Shown here: positions 24,700 through 36,899 of the stretch, one piece after another
Layout of the letters: every line of letters starts with the position of its first letter
How positions within the stretch are numbered: position 1 is the first letter of the stretch
From: Octopus sinensis
Lineage: Eukaryota
Length of the DNA: 64,000 nucleotides
Assembly: GCF_006345805.1 (NCBI RefSeq)
Contig: NW_021833064.1
Span: 83,508 to 147,507 of the forward strand
Direction of reading: 5' to 3'
The notes under the pieces: generated by a model
Database searches by the model: none
The model's input: the letters and a program-made list of their open reading frames with translations, nothing else
Told to the model about the DNA's origin: nothing
Program-made: the position numbers and the translations under genes

Positions 24700-26501
24700 C
24701 AGTAGACTATCCATTTAACGAAAAAAAATTTAACGAAAATATTCATTTTACGAAAGTCAAAATATTTTTTTACGTTTTTCCTTAGATAAATTCAAAAATA
24801 AAATTTTTTTTCTTTGTATTAGTGAATATTTAAATATATTTAACGAATATTTAAATAACGAAAATTAAAATTTTTGATAAAATTTTAAAATAATTTTTCC
24901 TCGCTATTTCTTGTAGTAAACCATGTTTGCAAGGGTGAACAATATGAAAAAAAAAGAAAACTTATCAATTCAACAAAAACTGGAAGTTATTGATTTCAAG
25001 AAGAATAATCCTGCTGTTACTCAAGAAAATTTGGCTCAGCGGTTTAATATACCTATTGGAGTGATCAATTCAACGTTGAAGAAAATGCAATTGTATGGAT
25101 CAAGGCGTCACAAACAAAAAAAGAATATTACATTTAAAAGTTGTACTGATAAGATATATGAACCACTATATGCATGGATTCAGATCAAACGTTTCTGTAA
25201 TCACACCATAACTAATGAAATGGTACGCGAAATGGCACTCAAAATTGCTCAACGATTTTATAATGAAAATTTCAAAGCATCTCACCCATGGATTTCACGC
25301 TTTAAGGAAGAGTATAAAATAAAAACACTCACGATTTCTGGAGAAGAACAATTAGTGGATCCCGTTTTGCTTATAGATTCATATGAACGCTTTGCAGCCA
25401 TGTTAAAAAATATGGATCGAAAAATGTTTACAACTGGGATGAAACTGCCTTTTTTTCAAATGTACTCCAAAAAAAACATTAGTTCTTGACTCCGAATCAA
25501 GGGCTTCAGGAAAATTTTCTAAAGAACGAATAACACTGTTATTATGCACAAATATGGAAGGAGATAAAGAGCATCCGTTGGTAATCGGAAAATTCAAAAA
25601 TCCTCATGGTTTTAAAAATATTAATATGAATAATCTTGGGATTCAATATGCAAATAGTAATAAATCTTGGATGACCAGTTTAATTTTTAAAAACTGGGTT
25701 GAACGGTTAAATTCCAAAATGAGTGTGGAAAATAGAAAGATTTTGCTTCTTTTAGATAATGCGCCAGTTCACTATTTTGATGGCGAATTCAGTAATATCG
25801 AATTGTATTTTCTTCCTCTAAAGACAACATCTAAGATTCAACCAATTGATCAAGGGATTGTGCATTCATTTAATCGTTGTATAAAAAAGGAATGACTAGA
25901 AATTTGAGTATGGGAACAAATATAGGAACATTGTCATATACAGATGAACTTACCAAATTCAAATTAGTGAATGCTCTACCTTTAATTATTGAAACTTGGA
26001 ACGAAGTCACAGTGGACACTATCAAAAATTGCTTTAACACAAGGCATTAAATAATTGGGCGAAGATAGATGAAAAAATACTTGAAGAATCCACTGACGAA
26101 AAAGGTATTAAATTTAAATCACCTTACAATTAAAGATAATAAAAGTGAAATTATGATTGAGTTTCCTGTCTGTGCACCTGTCGTCTGCGAAGAAAACGCG
26201 TATCTTGATACAATACAATGTGAGGAAGAAAATGAGCATGAAGAAATAGATAGCACAAATGACAATCCCATTGGTTATGCAGATGCACTTAAATATTTGG
26301 AAAATATTGAAAAATATTTTTTGCAAGAATCTGGTGAACATATTCACCTAATTACAAATTTGAGAAATATATTGGCAAAAATTAAAAAGAAGGAACCTAA
26401 AATTACCGATTACATGACACATTTTTAATTAAACAATTTTTTTCGTTAAATTCATTTAACGAATGCTCAATTTTCATTTTCGTTAAATGAATAGTCTACT
26501 G
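24700..26501 (+). mobile_element. pogo/Tigger transposon, copy B (near-identical to A)
   Basis: Same TIRs and TA flanks; ORF pieces 24923-25489, 25554-25895 and 26069-26428. Confidence 0.95.
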
Positions 26502-26590
26502 TACATCTTAATAATAAAATGGTATGGTGTGTGTCTGTCTGTCTTTCTGTCTGTCTGTCTGTGTGTGCACACCAACTTCAAATTGGCAAT

Positions 26591-28226
26591 ACGATGTCCT
26601 CGACTTACATGATGAGGTCCTTAAAACCTTCCCCCCCCCAAAAAAATTAAAAAAAAATTTTCTGCATTTTGGTCAAAATGAACAACTACGATGTCCTCGA
26701 CTTACATGATGAGGTCCTTAAAACCTTCCCCCCAAAAAAATTAAAAAAAATTTTCTGCATTTTGGTTAAAATGAACAACTACGATATCCTCGACTTACAT
26801 GATGAGGTCCTTAAAACCTTCCCCCCAAAAAAATTAAAAAAAATTTTCTGCATTTTGGTCAAAATGAACAACTACGATGTCCTCGACTTACATGATGAGG
26901 TCCTTAAAACCTTCCCCCAAAAAAATTAAAAAAAAATTTTCTGCATTTTGGTTAAAATGAACAACTACGATATCCTCGACTTACATGATGAGGTCCTTAA
27001 AACCTTCCCCCCAAAAAAATTAAAAAAAAATTTTCTGCATTTTGGTTAAAATGAACAACTACGATATCCTCGACTTACATGATGAGGTCTTTAAAACCTT
27101 CCCCCCAAAAAAATTAAAAAAAAATTTTCTGCATTTTGGTTAAAATGACAACTACGATGTCCTCGACTTACATGATGAGGTCCTTAAAACCTACCCTCCA
27201 AAAAAAAATTAAAAAAAAATTTTCTGCATTTTGGTTAAAATGAACAACTACGATGTCCTCGACTTACATGATGAGGTCCTTAAAACCTACCCTCCAAAAA
27301 AAATTAAAAAAAAATTTCTGCTGCATTTTGTTAAAATGAACAACTACGATGTCCTCGACTTACATGATGAGGTCCTTAAAACCTACCCTCCAAAAAAAAA
27401 TTAAAAAAAATTTTCTGCATTTTGGTTAAAATGAACAACTACGATGTCCTCGACTTACATGATGAGGTCCTTAAAACCTACCCTCCAAAAAAAATTAAAA
27501 AAAAATTTTCTGCATTTTGGTTAAAATGAACAACTACGATGTCCTCGCTTACATGATGAGGTCTTTAAAACCTTCCCCCCAAAAAAATTAAAAAAAAATT
27601 TTCTGCATTGGTTAAAATGAACAACTACGATGTCCTCGACTTACATGATGAGGTCCTTAAAACCTACCCTCCAAAAAAAAATTAAAAAAAAATTTTCTGC
27701 ATTTTGGTTAAAATGAACAACTACGATATCCTCGACTTACATGATGAGGTCTTTAAACCTTCCCCCAAAAAAATTAAAAAAAATTTTCTGCATTTTGGTT
27801 AAAATGAACAACTACGATGTCCTCGACTTACATGATGAGGTCCTTAAAACCTACCCTCCAAAAAAAATTAAAAAAAAATTTTCTGCATTTTGGTTAAAAT
27901 GAACAACTACGATGTCTCGACTTACATGATGAGGTCCTTAAAACCTACCCTCCAAAAAAAATTAAAAAAAATTTTCTGCATTTGGTTAAAATGAACAACT
28001 ACGATGTCCTCGACTTAATGATGAGGTCCTTAAAACTACCCTCCAAAAAAAATTAAAAAAAAATTTTCTGCATTTGGTTAAAATGAACAACTACGATGTC
28101 CTCGACTTAAATGATGAGGTCTTAAAACCTCCCGCCAAAAATCAAAAAATTATTTTCTGCATTTTGATTAAAATGAACAACGCGAATGTCCTCGACATTC
28201 ATGATGAGGTCCATTAAAACCTTCCA
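26591..28226 (+). repeat. 93-bp tandem array, about 18 copies, inside the Helitron
   Basis: Unit AACAACTACGATGTCCTCGACTTACATGATGAGGTCCTTAAAACCTTCCCCCCAAAAAAATTAAAAAAAATTTTCTGCATTTTGGTTAAAATG; unit starts at 26681 and 26774 give a 93-bp period. Confidence 0.97.
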
Positions 28227-28919
28227 GGCAAAAATCTCACGTATTAAGAATATCCTTGATGAAAACGACAGCGAGAATATTAACAATGATGAATCCCATT
28301 ATTCGCGATAAAGAAATTCAATTCATCCTATGTTTTCTCTTTAAAATTAAATGCATATATCATTATCGACCATGAATCAAAATTAAAGCTATTATCATAT
28401 TTGACTTTGACAGAAAATGCAATCACAGATTGCACGACTTTAAATAGAGTGTGCAATTAACAGATTTTGAAAAAACCACTTTGATAGTTGAAACCACATT
28501 AGCACAATCATTAACACTTTTTTAAATAGATAACCGAAGGAGGAAAAACGAAGCTGAAGAAAAACGGTCAGCTTAAGGTAATTAATTAAATCTCTTTTGT
28601 GCGTCGCTTTTATGGCTGCTGCTACTCTGCTTGCCCCATCTCCGCCTGCCCCATTCTGCCTGCCCCATTTCCGCCAGTGGTTTGTCTAATCAAGGTCACT
28701 AAGCTAAATCTCCGGACTATAAAGGCTCTTAAGCATTATCTTAATTGGCTGTTAAAAAATTAGACAGGTTGTTGCCGTGGCGGCAGAGATTTTTTTGTTT
28801 ATACTATTTACAAATTTTTAAAGTTTTTTTTGTTTTTTTTATTTTTTTTGTTTTTAAATTATTTATTTTTATTTGTTTTTTTTTTTTTTTTTGTTATTTT
28901 CTAAAAATTCAACCGGATT

Positions 28920-29379
28920 GAATTTTTAAACTCCTTAGATCCCTCTGGAATGCCCAATCATCTTTTAAAGTTAAAGATAGGCGTTCCAGTGGTTTTATTA
29001 CGAAATCTTGCGCCACCTAAATTATGCAACGGAACGAGGTTAGTTATCAAAAATTTGATGGCTAACGTAATAGAGGCGACGATATTAACAGGTAAGTATA
29101 GAGGTGAGGATGTTTATATTCCACGAATTCCGATAATTTCTGATGAATTACCATTTAGATTTAAAGGCTGCAATTTCCTTTGAGATGAGTTTTGCAATGA
29201 CAATAAACAAGGCCCAGGGACAGTCATTAAAGGTAGTTGGGTTATTTTTAGAGAGTGAGTGCTTTTCACATGGACAGCTGTATGTGGGATGCTCGAGGGT
29301 AGGCAGAAGAGAAAATTTATTCATATATGCCAAGGAAGGACGGACGACAAACATCGTTTATCAACAGGCGATAGAATAG
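28920..29379 (+). pseudogene. Helitron RepHel PIF1-like helicase C-terminal fragment
   Basis: [38 protein letters not shown]...FAMTINKAQGQSL...FSHGQLYVGCSRV; one frameshift. Confidence 0.93.
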
Positions 29380-30360
29380 GGTTACATTAAACCAGGTAGT
29401 TTTATACATCTACATAAACTTATAGTTGTTTGATGAAACAGGCCCTCCGCAGGAGCTAGGTCGCGGTGAGCGAAGCGAGCTGCCGAGCTAGTTTAAAATA
29501 AATGAATATATCGAAAAGAGATTGAACACGAATGAAATTTTAAAAATTGTTAACGGAGATGGAATTTTTTTGCCTTTGGAAAAGTTTCAACTACTCCAGT
29601 GTCAGGCCACTACCTGTTCAGTAGAGCGCTCGTTTTCAGTTCTTCATAAAATTTTGGCCAAAGACCGAAATTTTAAAACTGAAAACGTCAAATATTATAT
29701 GATTCTATATAATTCATGTTTCTAGAAAAAATTATTGCATAAAAATTATCTGAAAAACTTTTTTTAGGTCTACATTCTGGTCAACTTTCATCTTTTTTGA
29801 ATCAATTTTGTTGACTTTATGGAGGTCAATTTTTGCTTTTTTTAGGTCAACTTTGTGGTTGCCCTAGTAATAAATAATTATTGCTTAAATGTTCACAAGC
29901 TATCGGGATGTTTTATTTCATATTCACGACATGTGGATTGTGTTGATTTCTATCTTAGCCATTTCTAAAAATGTTTATTTTTTGTGATTATTTATTTCAT
30001 TACCCAAGATTGTCTGGTTAAAAGAACAAAAGGGAAAAACTGACAACTAACCAAGTGATGCCAGACTTGTAGAAAAAGGGCATCCAATATCGCTCTTCTC
30101 ATAATTAATTTATCCGGTTGAATGATTATTTTTTGTATTTTAGATAGGTGATTTTGAAGAGTCATATTAGTTCCCATTCCAACAATAAAGAATTTATTAA
30201 AATCAAGGGTCTATGTTTTTTATTTGCTTCCATATATATGCTTAATTTTGTTTTTAAGGCAGAAGGAATCTGGAGCATTATTCTTAAACTCCGTTCTATT
30301 TTCTGTTTGTAGAATCTCTCAAAAGCCGATTTAAAAACAAAGTTCTTCAAATAATAAATA

Positions 30361-30434
30361 CTAGCTCAGCAGCTCGCTTTGGTTACCGCGACCTAGCTCC
30401 TGCGGGGGCATATTTCATCAAACAACTATAAGTT
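30361..30434 (-). mobile_element. Second Helitron 3' terminus, opposite orientation
   Basis: Reverse complement closely matches 29416-29491 and ends in CTAG|T. Confidence 0.85.
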
Positions 30435-30449
30435 TCTGGAGAAACATTC

Positions 30450-31140
30450 GGAAACATTCGAAAAGACCATGTTTGTTTTGGAATGGGAGTCAAAACACAT
30501 TGATCTCAAACCAACGAATTTCCGGAGGAGTAAGGATTGGTGGTCATCCATCGGGTCTTTTCTCATCTCCACGATCTATACCCACTGGCTCTGGCACCGA
30601 AGGGAAGCTCGCTGATTCAATAGCTCGTAAGATAACATTGGCAGCGGAGTCCCGAGTAGTTCTCACAGCACTTTATTTGCAAAAAAGTGGGTGAATCGTC
30701 GACCATTTTTCCACATCTGCAACAATGTTGTTTGCCGATGTCAAGTCCGAGTCTCAGAACAGTACCGATGCGTATGCAGTCATCCTCTAATAATGTTCCG
30801 AGACCAGCAATTGAGATAGTATTCAGCCATACCCGTTGTGTGGCACAGCTGCAGAGCGTAAACAGGTGAGGCGATGCTGGTCAAGCCTCATTGCAAAATT
30901 GTTTGAGGTGGATTCGCAGTATAAATTGTCTACCTCCGTTGGAGTGATGTTTGGAGTTGAAATTTTAATCCTGAATCCTTCCACAGTATACACCGATCTT
31001 CAAAAAACTTGTCCGAATACGATTCGGGGGATTTATGTAGAATCTCTCAGGATTACCTTTAGAAGAATGAGTGAGAGGACAGAAAGGCCGGTAGGACAAA
31101 ATCCAAAACAGATCTTAGACCAGCTACGCCAGAATTAAGT
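30450..31140 (-). mobile_element. Degenerate CRE-type C-terminal fragment
   Basis: GTLLEDDCIRIGTVLRLGLDI...CRCGKMVD, then the RLE remnant. Confidence 0.75.
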
Positions 31141-31414
31141 GGTAGTCTAAATTGCATACCCATCATTATCGAAAAGATCGACTCGGAACACACTCATAAC
31201 GTATTAATAGAATGCAATATTTCGTCTTTTATTTCTATTGATTGTAACAATTATCCTCAGGTGAATATTTGGACAAATGTGTCGACTTTTTACAAAATTT
31301 ATTGCGTGTAGCGTCGTTTGCAAGTAAGCTTTCAATGGCCATTTCTTCAGAAGAGTGTTTTTTGTTTTATAAAACACATTCTGATTTAAATAAAGTTTAA
31401 ATCGAAGAACAAAA

Positions 31415-31760
31415 GCATTATGGTAACTTTTTTGTAATATAAGTCATTATTCCAAAGTATAGAAAGGGAAAACAATTGGGATTTGCCAGTAGCTCATCGC
31501 GAATAACAAACGAATTACCTGGTAAGATTGCTATAAATATTCTCTGGTAGAGCCGGCTGGTTTCCCGGTGGTCAAAAATTTTCTTTCCGACCAGTTTCCC
31601 AATTATAGACAGAATCCTCTTCCTGGCCGGCCCAATCACACCACCTCTCTCCACCGCAATTGGGACAAAGTTGTACGCGTCAGGAACAGTGTTCCCTCTA
31701 AGCGAGTGGTAGCTATGCGCGCTGGGCACATTGCATTGTGCAGCGTTATAAAGTGACGTG
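31415..31760 (-). mobile_element. CRE-type 3' fragment
   Basis: YNFVPIAVERGGVIG...DHRETSRLYQRIFIAILPGN. Confidence 0.75.
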
Positions 31761-31859
31761 TGCAAAAAATTTTTTGGGGGGGGGGAAATTTTACAATTAA
31801 AAAACCAATGGTTAAAAAAATAGGTCTAGTCAATTGGATATTCTCTTCTGTTTTTATTT

Positions 31860-32900
31860 TGTATCCAAAATTTGTATATTCGATCAAGATCCACTGTATT
31901 CAAAGATTTCAGATAGATCTTATAGATCTGAAAAGTTTTTCTACTATAAATAAAAATTTTAAATGGATTTTAACGGTCATTGACGTATATAGCAGGTTGG
32001 TTTTTTAACAATTTTTATAGATTTGCATTTGCGAGGCCGCTCTACACTAAGTCCTCAAATGAAGTTTGTGAAAACCTCAGATCATTATTTTTCTTAAATG
32101 GTCCGTGTCAATTTCTTAAGTCCGATAATGGGACTGAATTCAAGAATCGTGAAATGACCAATCTATGTGAGGAATTCAATATCAAACGAATTCACGGAAG
32201 GCCAAACAATCCCCGCTCACAAGGGATTGTCGAACGCTTCAACCAGTCAATTACAAGAAAAATGGCAAAAATGATCGACAATGATAATAAAAAGTGGCTG
32301 GAAAAATTAGAAAATGCAGTGTACAGTTATAACATTTCTGTCCACTCATCTTCTAATGAGAGCCCTTTTGAAAGATACCGGAGAATAAGTGGAATAAATA
32401 CAATATTTTATGGTTGTAATTATAAAATTATTCCTTAGATAATTCAAGTAATGATTTGTTGAGTCCTGATCAAGTCGATGATGCAAACAATTGTCCGAGT
32501 CCAATTGAAAATTCATGTAATTTGAATTTCTATATGTAGATGATTGCAATTATTCGTTTACAAGTCCGAAAAGATTTCAGTTCGAAATCAACCCCATTGA
32601 TCCTAATTCTAATTATTACAAAGCGATGAACAGAAAAATGAATGTTCACAATAGTAAGTATGAATTTAGTGTTGGTGATAAAGTATGCATAAAAATTAAT
32701 GTTTAGGTTTGAGTTAAAAAAGACTTTGGAACAAATCCTTCGTTGCGACTGGATAAGTTTGAATCTCCATATTATCCATCTGCAGAAATTATCAGTATTT
32801 TATCAAACAATCGCGTTGAGGTAGTTTAAACATTTAAATTTAATAGATAAAAAATTCGATGAGCGAAATTTCGATTGTGCCAATGTCCAGACTTAAAAAA
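31860..32900 (+). mobile_element. Retroviral-type (rve) integrase with spliceosomal micro-introns (Ginger/KRBA2-like)
   Basis: FQIDLIDL...WILTVIDVYSR|FAFARPL...LKSDNGTEF...HGRP..P.SQG.VERFN; frame restored by removing the GT-AG intron 31996-32020. Confidence 0.8.
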
Positions 32901-32934
32901 TAATTAACAAGTTATTATTCTTTGAAGTTTTGAC

Positions 32935-33230
32935 CTTCTTCATTCGGAAGTTCGGCATCCTTTCCTGGCTCTGCTGCAAAACGTTCTGAAGAGTTGAAGA
33001 AAAAAAATACTCTTATATCTTTTCCAGCCAATCGACAGATATCTTTTCCAGCCAATCGCTGTGGAGACTTCTGGAGTCTTTGGAACAGAGAGTTTTTCGT
33101 TCATTCGAAGATTGGGTGGTCTAATCTCCAAAAAAACAGGTGATCCGCGGGAGACGTCGTGGCTCTTCCAGAGGATTTCGTGTGCAATTGTCCGCGGAAA
33201 TTCACACGCTATCCGAGGCTCATACTAATT
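32935..33230 (+). mobile_element. CRE-type 3' fragment
   Basis: IFQPIAVETSGVFG...DPRETSWLFQRISCAIVRGN; includes a short local duplication (ATATCTTTTCCAGCCAATCG x2). Confidence 0.8.
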
Positions 33231-33504
33231 AATTAAAACTTTATTTGGTCTAAAAAAGTTTAATATTAATTACAATATTGACATTAAGTTAAGCTTCAAG
33301 GTCACGTCAGGTATCACGCGGCCCATAGGTGTCACGCAAACCATGTCACATAATATCTTTAATTTTGATTCATGGTCAATAAAGATATGTGAAATTTAAT
33401 TTTAAAGTGAAAATCCTAGGAAAATTGATTTTTTATCACGAATAATTAAGAGCACCTAATTGCTCATATTCTCGCTGTCGTTTTTATTAACATATTGAAA
33501 ATAA

Positions 33505-33730
33505 TTCTTTAATTTTTTGTTTAAAAGGTTTTAATTGACCTCATCATCAGAGTCGATGACATTCACATTTTTCTATTTTAGCCAAAATGCAAAAAATAAT
33601 TTTTGGTGGGAAAGGTTTTAAGGATCTCATCTGTGAATCGAGGACATCTTTGTTGTTGATTTTAACTAAAATGCCGAAAATAATTTTTTGGCAAAAAGGT
33701 TCTAAGGACCTCATCATCGAGGATATTCTT
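33505..33730 (-). repeat. Degenerate inverted copies (~2.5 units) of the 93-bp Helitron repeat
   Basis: GGTTTTAAGGA[C/T]CTCATC...GAGGACATC...GTTGTT...TTTTAACTAAAATGC matches the reverse complement of the array unit. Confidence 0.8.
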
Positions 33731-33937
33731 AATACGTTGGATTTTCAAGATTCTTGAAGGACCCCATCATTTTGGACTGTTTTCACATTATTGATTAATT
33801 ATAAAGGCAAAGGATTTTGCCAGTATAGACATAGAACGCGACATATTTGTATCTCACAATATTTTAATTATTTATAATTTAAATAGTATTTTTTTACTTA
33901 AAAAAATTAATTGTGTCACATTCAATTAATTTTTCTG

Positions 33938-34416
33938 ATGGAAATCATGTTATTCTATACAAAATGGAAAGGAATTACTTTATTTTTTCAAAGGTTCACT
34001 CTGCAATCACAAAAACGTATTATTCCTGCATTTAATTTGAAGACCTATGGCTCGCAATTTTCGCAACGGTGTTTCTAACAATGTTATCAGAGTTGCTGCT
34101 TGTTTTAGAAAAAATTGTGACGTTTGAATACGGCAGATTCGGTAAAATAAATTATCGCTATGTTCAAACACTGAAATCCTTGTTTCATTTGGGCAAATCC
34201 GCAATTCTCACAATTCGACTCGGAATAAATTATATTTTAATGTTAATATTCATGTCTCTCAACTATTATCTGTGCTCGGCCGTTTTGGTTGGATTTTTTC
34301 TAAGTCAGATCTTCATTTCTCCCATTCAAATATCAGTCCAGAACTATCATGCTCTCAGCGACGAAAATGATTTGTGCTGCGGATTACTTTTTTTTCTTAT
34401 TCCCAATTTTCAATAA
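33938..34416 (+). CDS. SLC31A: CTR/SLC31 copper transporter
   Basis: TM1 ..VFLTMLSELL, then INYILMLIFMSLNYYLCSAVLVG with the MxxxM motif; one micro-intron and one apparent 1-nt indel near the 5' end. Confidence 0.78.
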
Positions 34417-34639
34417 ATTTAACCAAATCTTTACTACGGTCAGTCTAATCATTGAAAAAATGGTTTTCAGATGTTTGTTAAAAACACTGAGTAAAGTAAT
34501 TCAGTACTTTGAAAGGACTTTTGCCGAATACATTAATTAGTGGTATATTATGTGATAGCCATTACGCATATGGAACCGGTTACATTTTTTGATTTTGTAG
34601 ACGTTTAAATAAAAGCATTTAGTTATCACAATACAGTTG

Positions 34640-34885
34640 AACCAGAAAAGCTTAAGATTGCGAAATATAGAGAACTCTCGGAGCGATATCTATTCGCCCC
34701 TGTTGCTGTCAAGACTTCAGGGGTCATTGGGGAAAAGTCTTTGACTTTCCTCTATAAGCTCGGACGTCTGATCTCTCTGAAGAGAAATGACACACGCGAG
34801 ACGGGCTGGCTCCTTCAGAGGATTTCCTTGCCATTGTACAAGGAAACTGTTTCTCCATCTACGAAGCGGGGAAGTCCTCTAACTA
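34640..34885 (+). mobile_element. CRE-type 3' fragment
   Basis: KYRELSERYLFAPVAVKTSGVIGEKSL...; same subfamily as 36280-36700. Confidence 0.8.
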
Positions 34886-34929
34886 ACTTTATCACATTTA
34901 ATTACATTGATTAAAAAAAAAAGTTGAAC

Positions 34930-35760
34930 CAATTGATTAAAATATTATTTGTCATCCATGCATTTTTGGACGCATCGTATATAATCTGTATGTATATTTT
35001 AAAATCATTACTTCACAATCCTCAGTTCTTATATTTTTAAGGCATCTGGGTGATTTATACTTTTCAATAACCAAAGGTTTTAACTTTCACCTTTAATAGA
35101 AGAGCATAAAAGAAGGATTGCCATTTTTTCTTTACAGAATTTTCTACCAAAGCAATTTTCATCATCAATGACAAATAATTTATTCGGCTTCTTTTTTTAA
35201 TGAAAAGGCAGGTTTCGTTACAATTAAAAATGTCTTCCATGTTGAACTTATTTATAAATTTTTTAATTAAATTTTTGTTGGAGGAATTCTTTTCACCAAA
35301 AATTGCTCTAAAAGATAGTTCATTACGTTTTTAAAGCGGCCTAGCTATCTATTAGAGCAGCGGTTCTTAACCTTTTTAAAATTTTTGATAAATTGTGCCT
35401 CTTAAGGTTAAAAATGGAACCCGCATACCCCCTATCTATTTTTAAATTATATATTGCATACTAGCCATAGTCAATAACGAATACTTTGGAATCATTTTAC
35501 TCAAAAATTCCATAAATATGCAAGAATTGAAACATAGCTGAATAATAAAAAAAATTGTCTGATTCATAGTCTCTGTATAGAACTGCGTCAGTAATAGGAT
35601 TTGAATAAAATCCTTGTTTAGTTTCCATTTTTATTCTAAATACTGTTCCCTTTCCAATTTTAAACATCTTGGATATTTCGCTTTCAAATATAGAATTTGC
35701 CAACAGCACAAAATTTTTTTTCCTTAAACCACAAGAAAGTTTTTTTAAGATAACCACTAA
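34930..35760 (-). mobile_element. Degenerate pogo/Tigger remnant
   Basis: NCNETCLF remnant and ISKMFKIGKGTVFRIK HTH remnant. Confidence 0.6.
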
Positions 35761-35882
35761 ACGACACGCTATTATTTAAAATAAAATAATGCATAAAAAT
35801 TTTATTTAAAATTATTAAAAAAATGCCCCAATAAGCGGGATCGATAGTATTCTATTTTTAGAAATTTTTTATTGTTAGAAAT

Positions 35883-36210
35883 TTGGTTAATTTAGTATTC
35901 CACGGAGCCTTGAATTCCACGCCTTATCAACCCGGTTCGTCGGCCGAGAAAGCCGAATTCACGAAATTGACAAAATACGAGGATTTACGCGATCGATTTT
36001 GCTTTTGGGCAATTGCCGTCGACACTTCCTGTATTTTTGGGGCCAAGACGTTTGCTCATCTTAAGAAACTTGGCTGTCTGTCGATCCAAAGATCCCAGGG
36101 AATTTATATTCCTTATTCAGAGGATCTTGCTGGCTGTTTTACGCGGACACTCGAATTCGCTATTCACCAGAATGCCGCCAGGGAATACAAAAACTTCATA
36201 AAAATGTAGT
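35883..36210 (+). mobile_element. CRE-type 3' fragment
   Basis: PGSSAEKAEFTKLTKYEDL...AIAVDTS...DPREFIFLIQRILLAVLRG. Confidence 0.8.
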
Positions 36211-36279
36211 AAATTTCTTTTTACTGCGAAACGCTTAATTATTGAACGAATTATAAAAGACTGGGAAATTTGTAAATTT

Positions 36280-36700
36280 GCCGAGCCATTAAAAGTGTTG
36301 GGCTTGCGAGGGGAGACGGGAAAAGACCCGACGGTCTATCGACTTTCCCGTTTGAGTTCGGCAAGTCTCTGATATGGGATGCGACGTGTTCAGACACTTT
36401 CTCGGAGCTTAATCTTCCTTCTTCAGCTGCCGAGCCTGGCTCAGTCTCTCGCAAAACCGAGAAGATGAAAATTGGAAAGTACAAGGAGCTCTCTGAACGA
36501 TATCTGTTCACTCCTATCGCCGTCGAGACTTCGGGCGTCATCGGCGAAAAGTCTCTTTCCTTTTTGAAAAAGCTTGGCCGCATGATTTCTCATAAACGGG
36601 AAGACCCACGCGAGTCCAAGTGGCTTCTCGAAAGGATTCCCTCGGCTATAGTACGGGGAAACTGTGTTTCCATTTACGAGGCCGGGAATTTAGTTAGATA
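36280..36700 (+). mobile_element. CRE-type 3' fragment
   Basis: RPDGLSTFPFEFGKSLIWDATCSDT...FTPIAVETSG...IVRGN; closely similar to 61558-62098. Confidence 0.88.
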
Positions 36701-36899
36701 ATAACTATTTTATTTCTTTTAAAAGTTGTTTTCAAATAAATATACTTAGGTATTGATTCTAATTACCATGTAACTGCAAGAAGTCCACATGAAAGATTCA
36801 GAGGGAATCCTTTTGATGTTAACAAATATAAATATTTTAACAAACAATTATCAACATTTACAACAAATTTAAAGTCTGCAAATTCTTAAAAAATATAAC

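Larger units (their letters stand above)
26506..29491 (+). mobile_element. Non-autonomous Helitron
   Basis: 5' A|TC followed by a (GTCT)n microsatellite; 3' GC-rich subterminal segment then CTAG|T; no TSD; PIF1 helicase C-terminus inside. Confidence 0.9.
21995..29866 (+). mobile_element. hAT-like (CGGBP1/DUF659-type) transposon, 5'-truncated and split by three insertions
   Basis: Joined pieces read LTEAFVSANIPL|YKLRNP...LLTDAAKYM...HVTCIAHLIHNCA...KLDFKEDT|FKINEYIEKRL...ATTCSVERSFS; 3' end has AGGTCAA subterminal repeats and a CCCTA terminus. Confidence 0.82.

Noticed and set aside
26591-28226. CRISPR array
   Set aside because: Units are contiguous with no unique spacers, the context is eukaryotic, and there are no cas genes.
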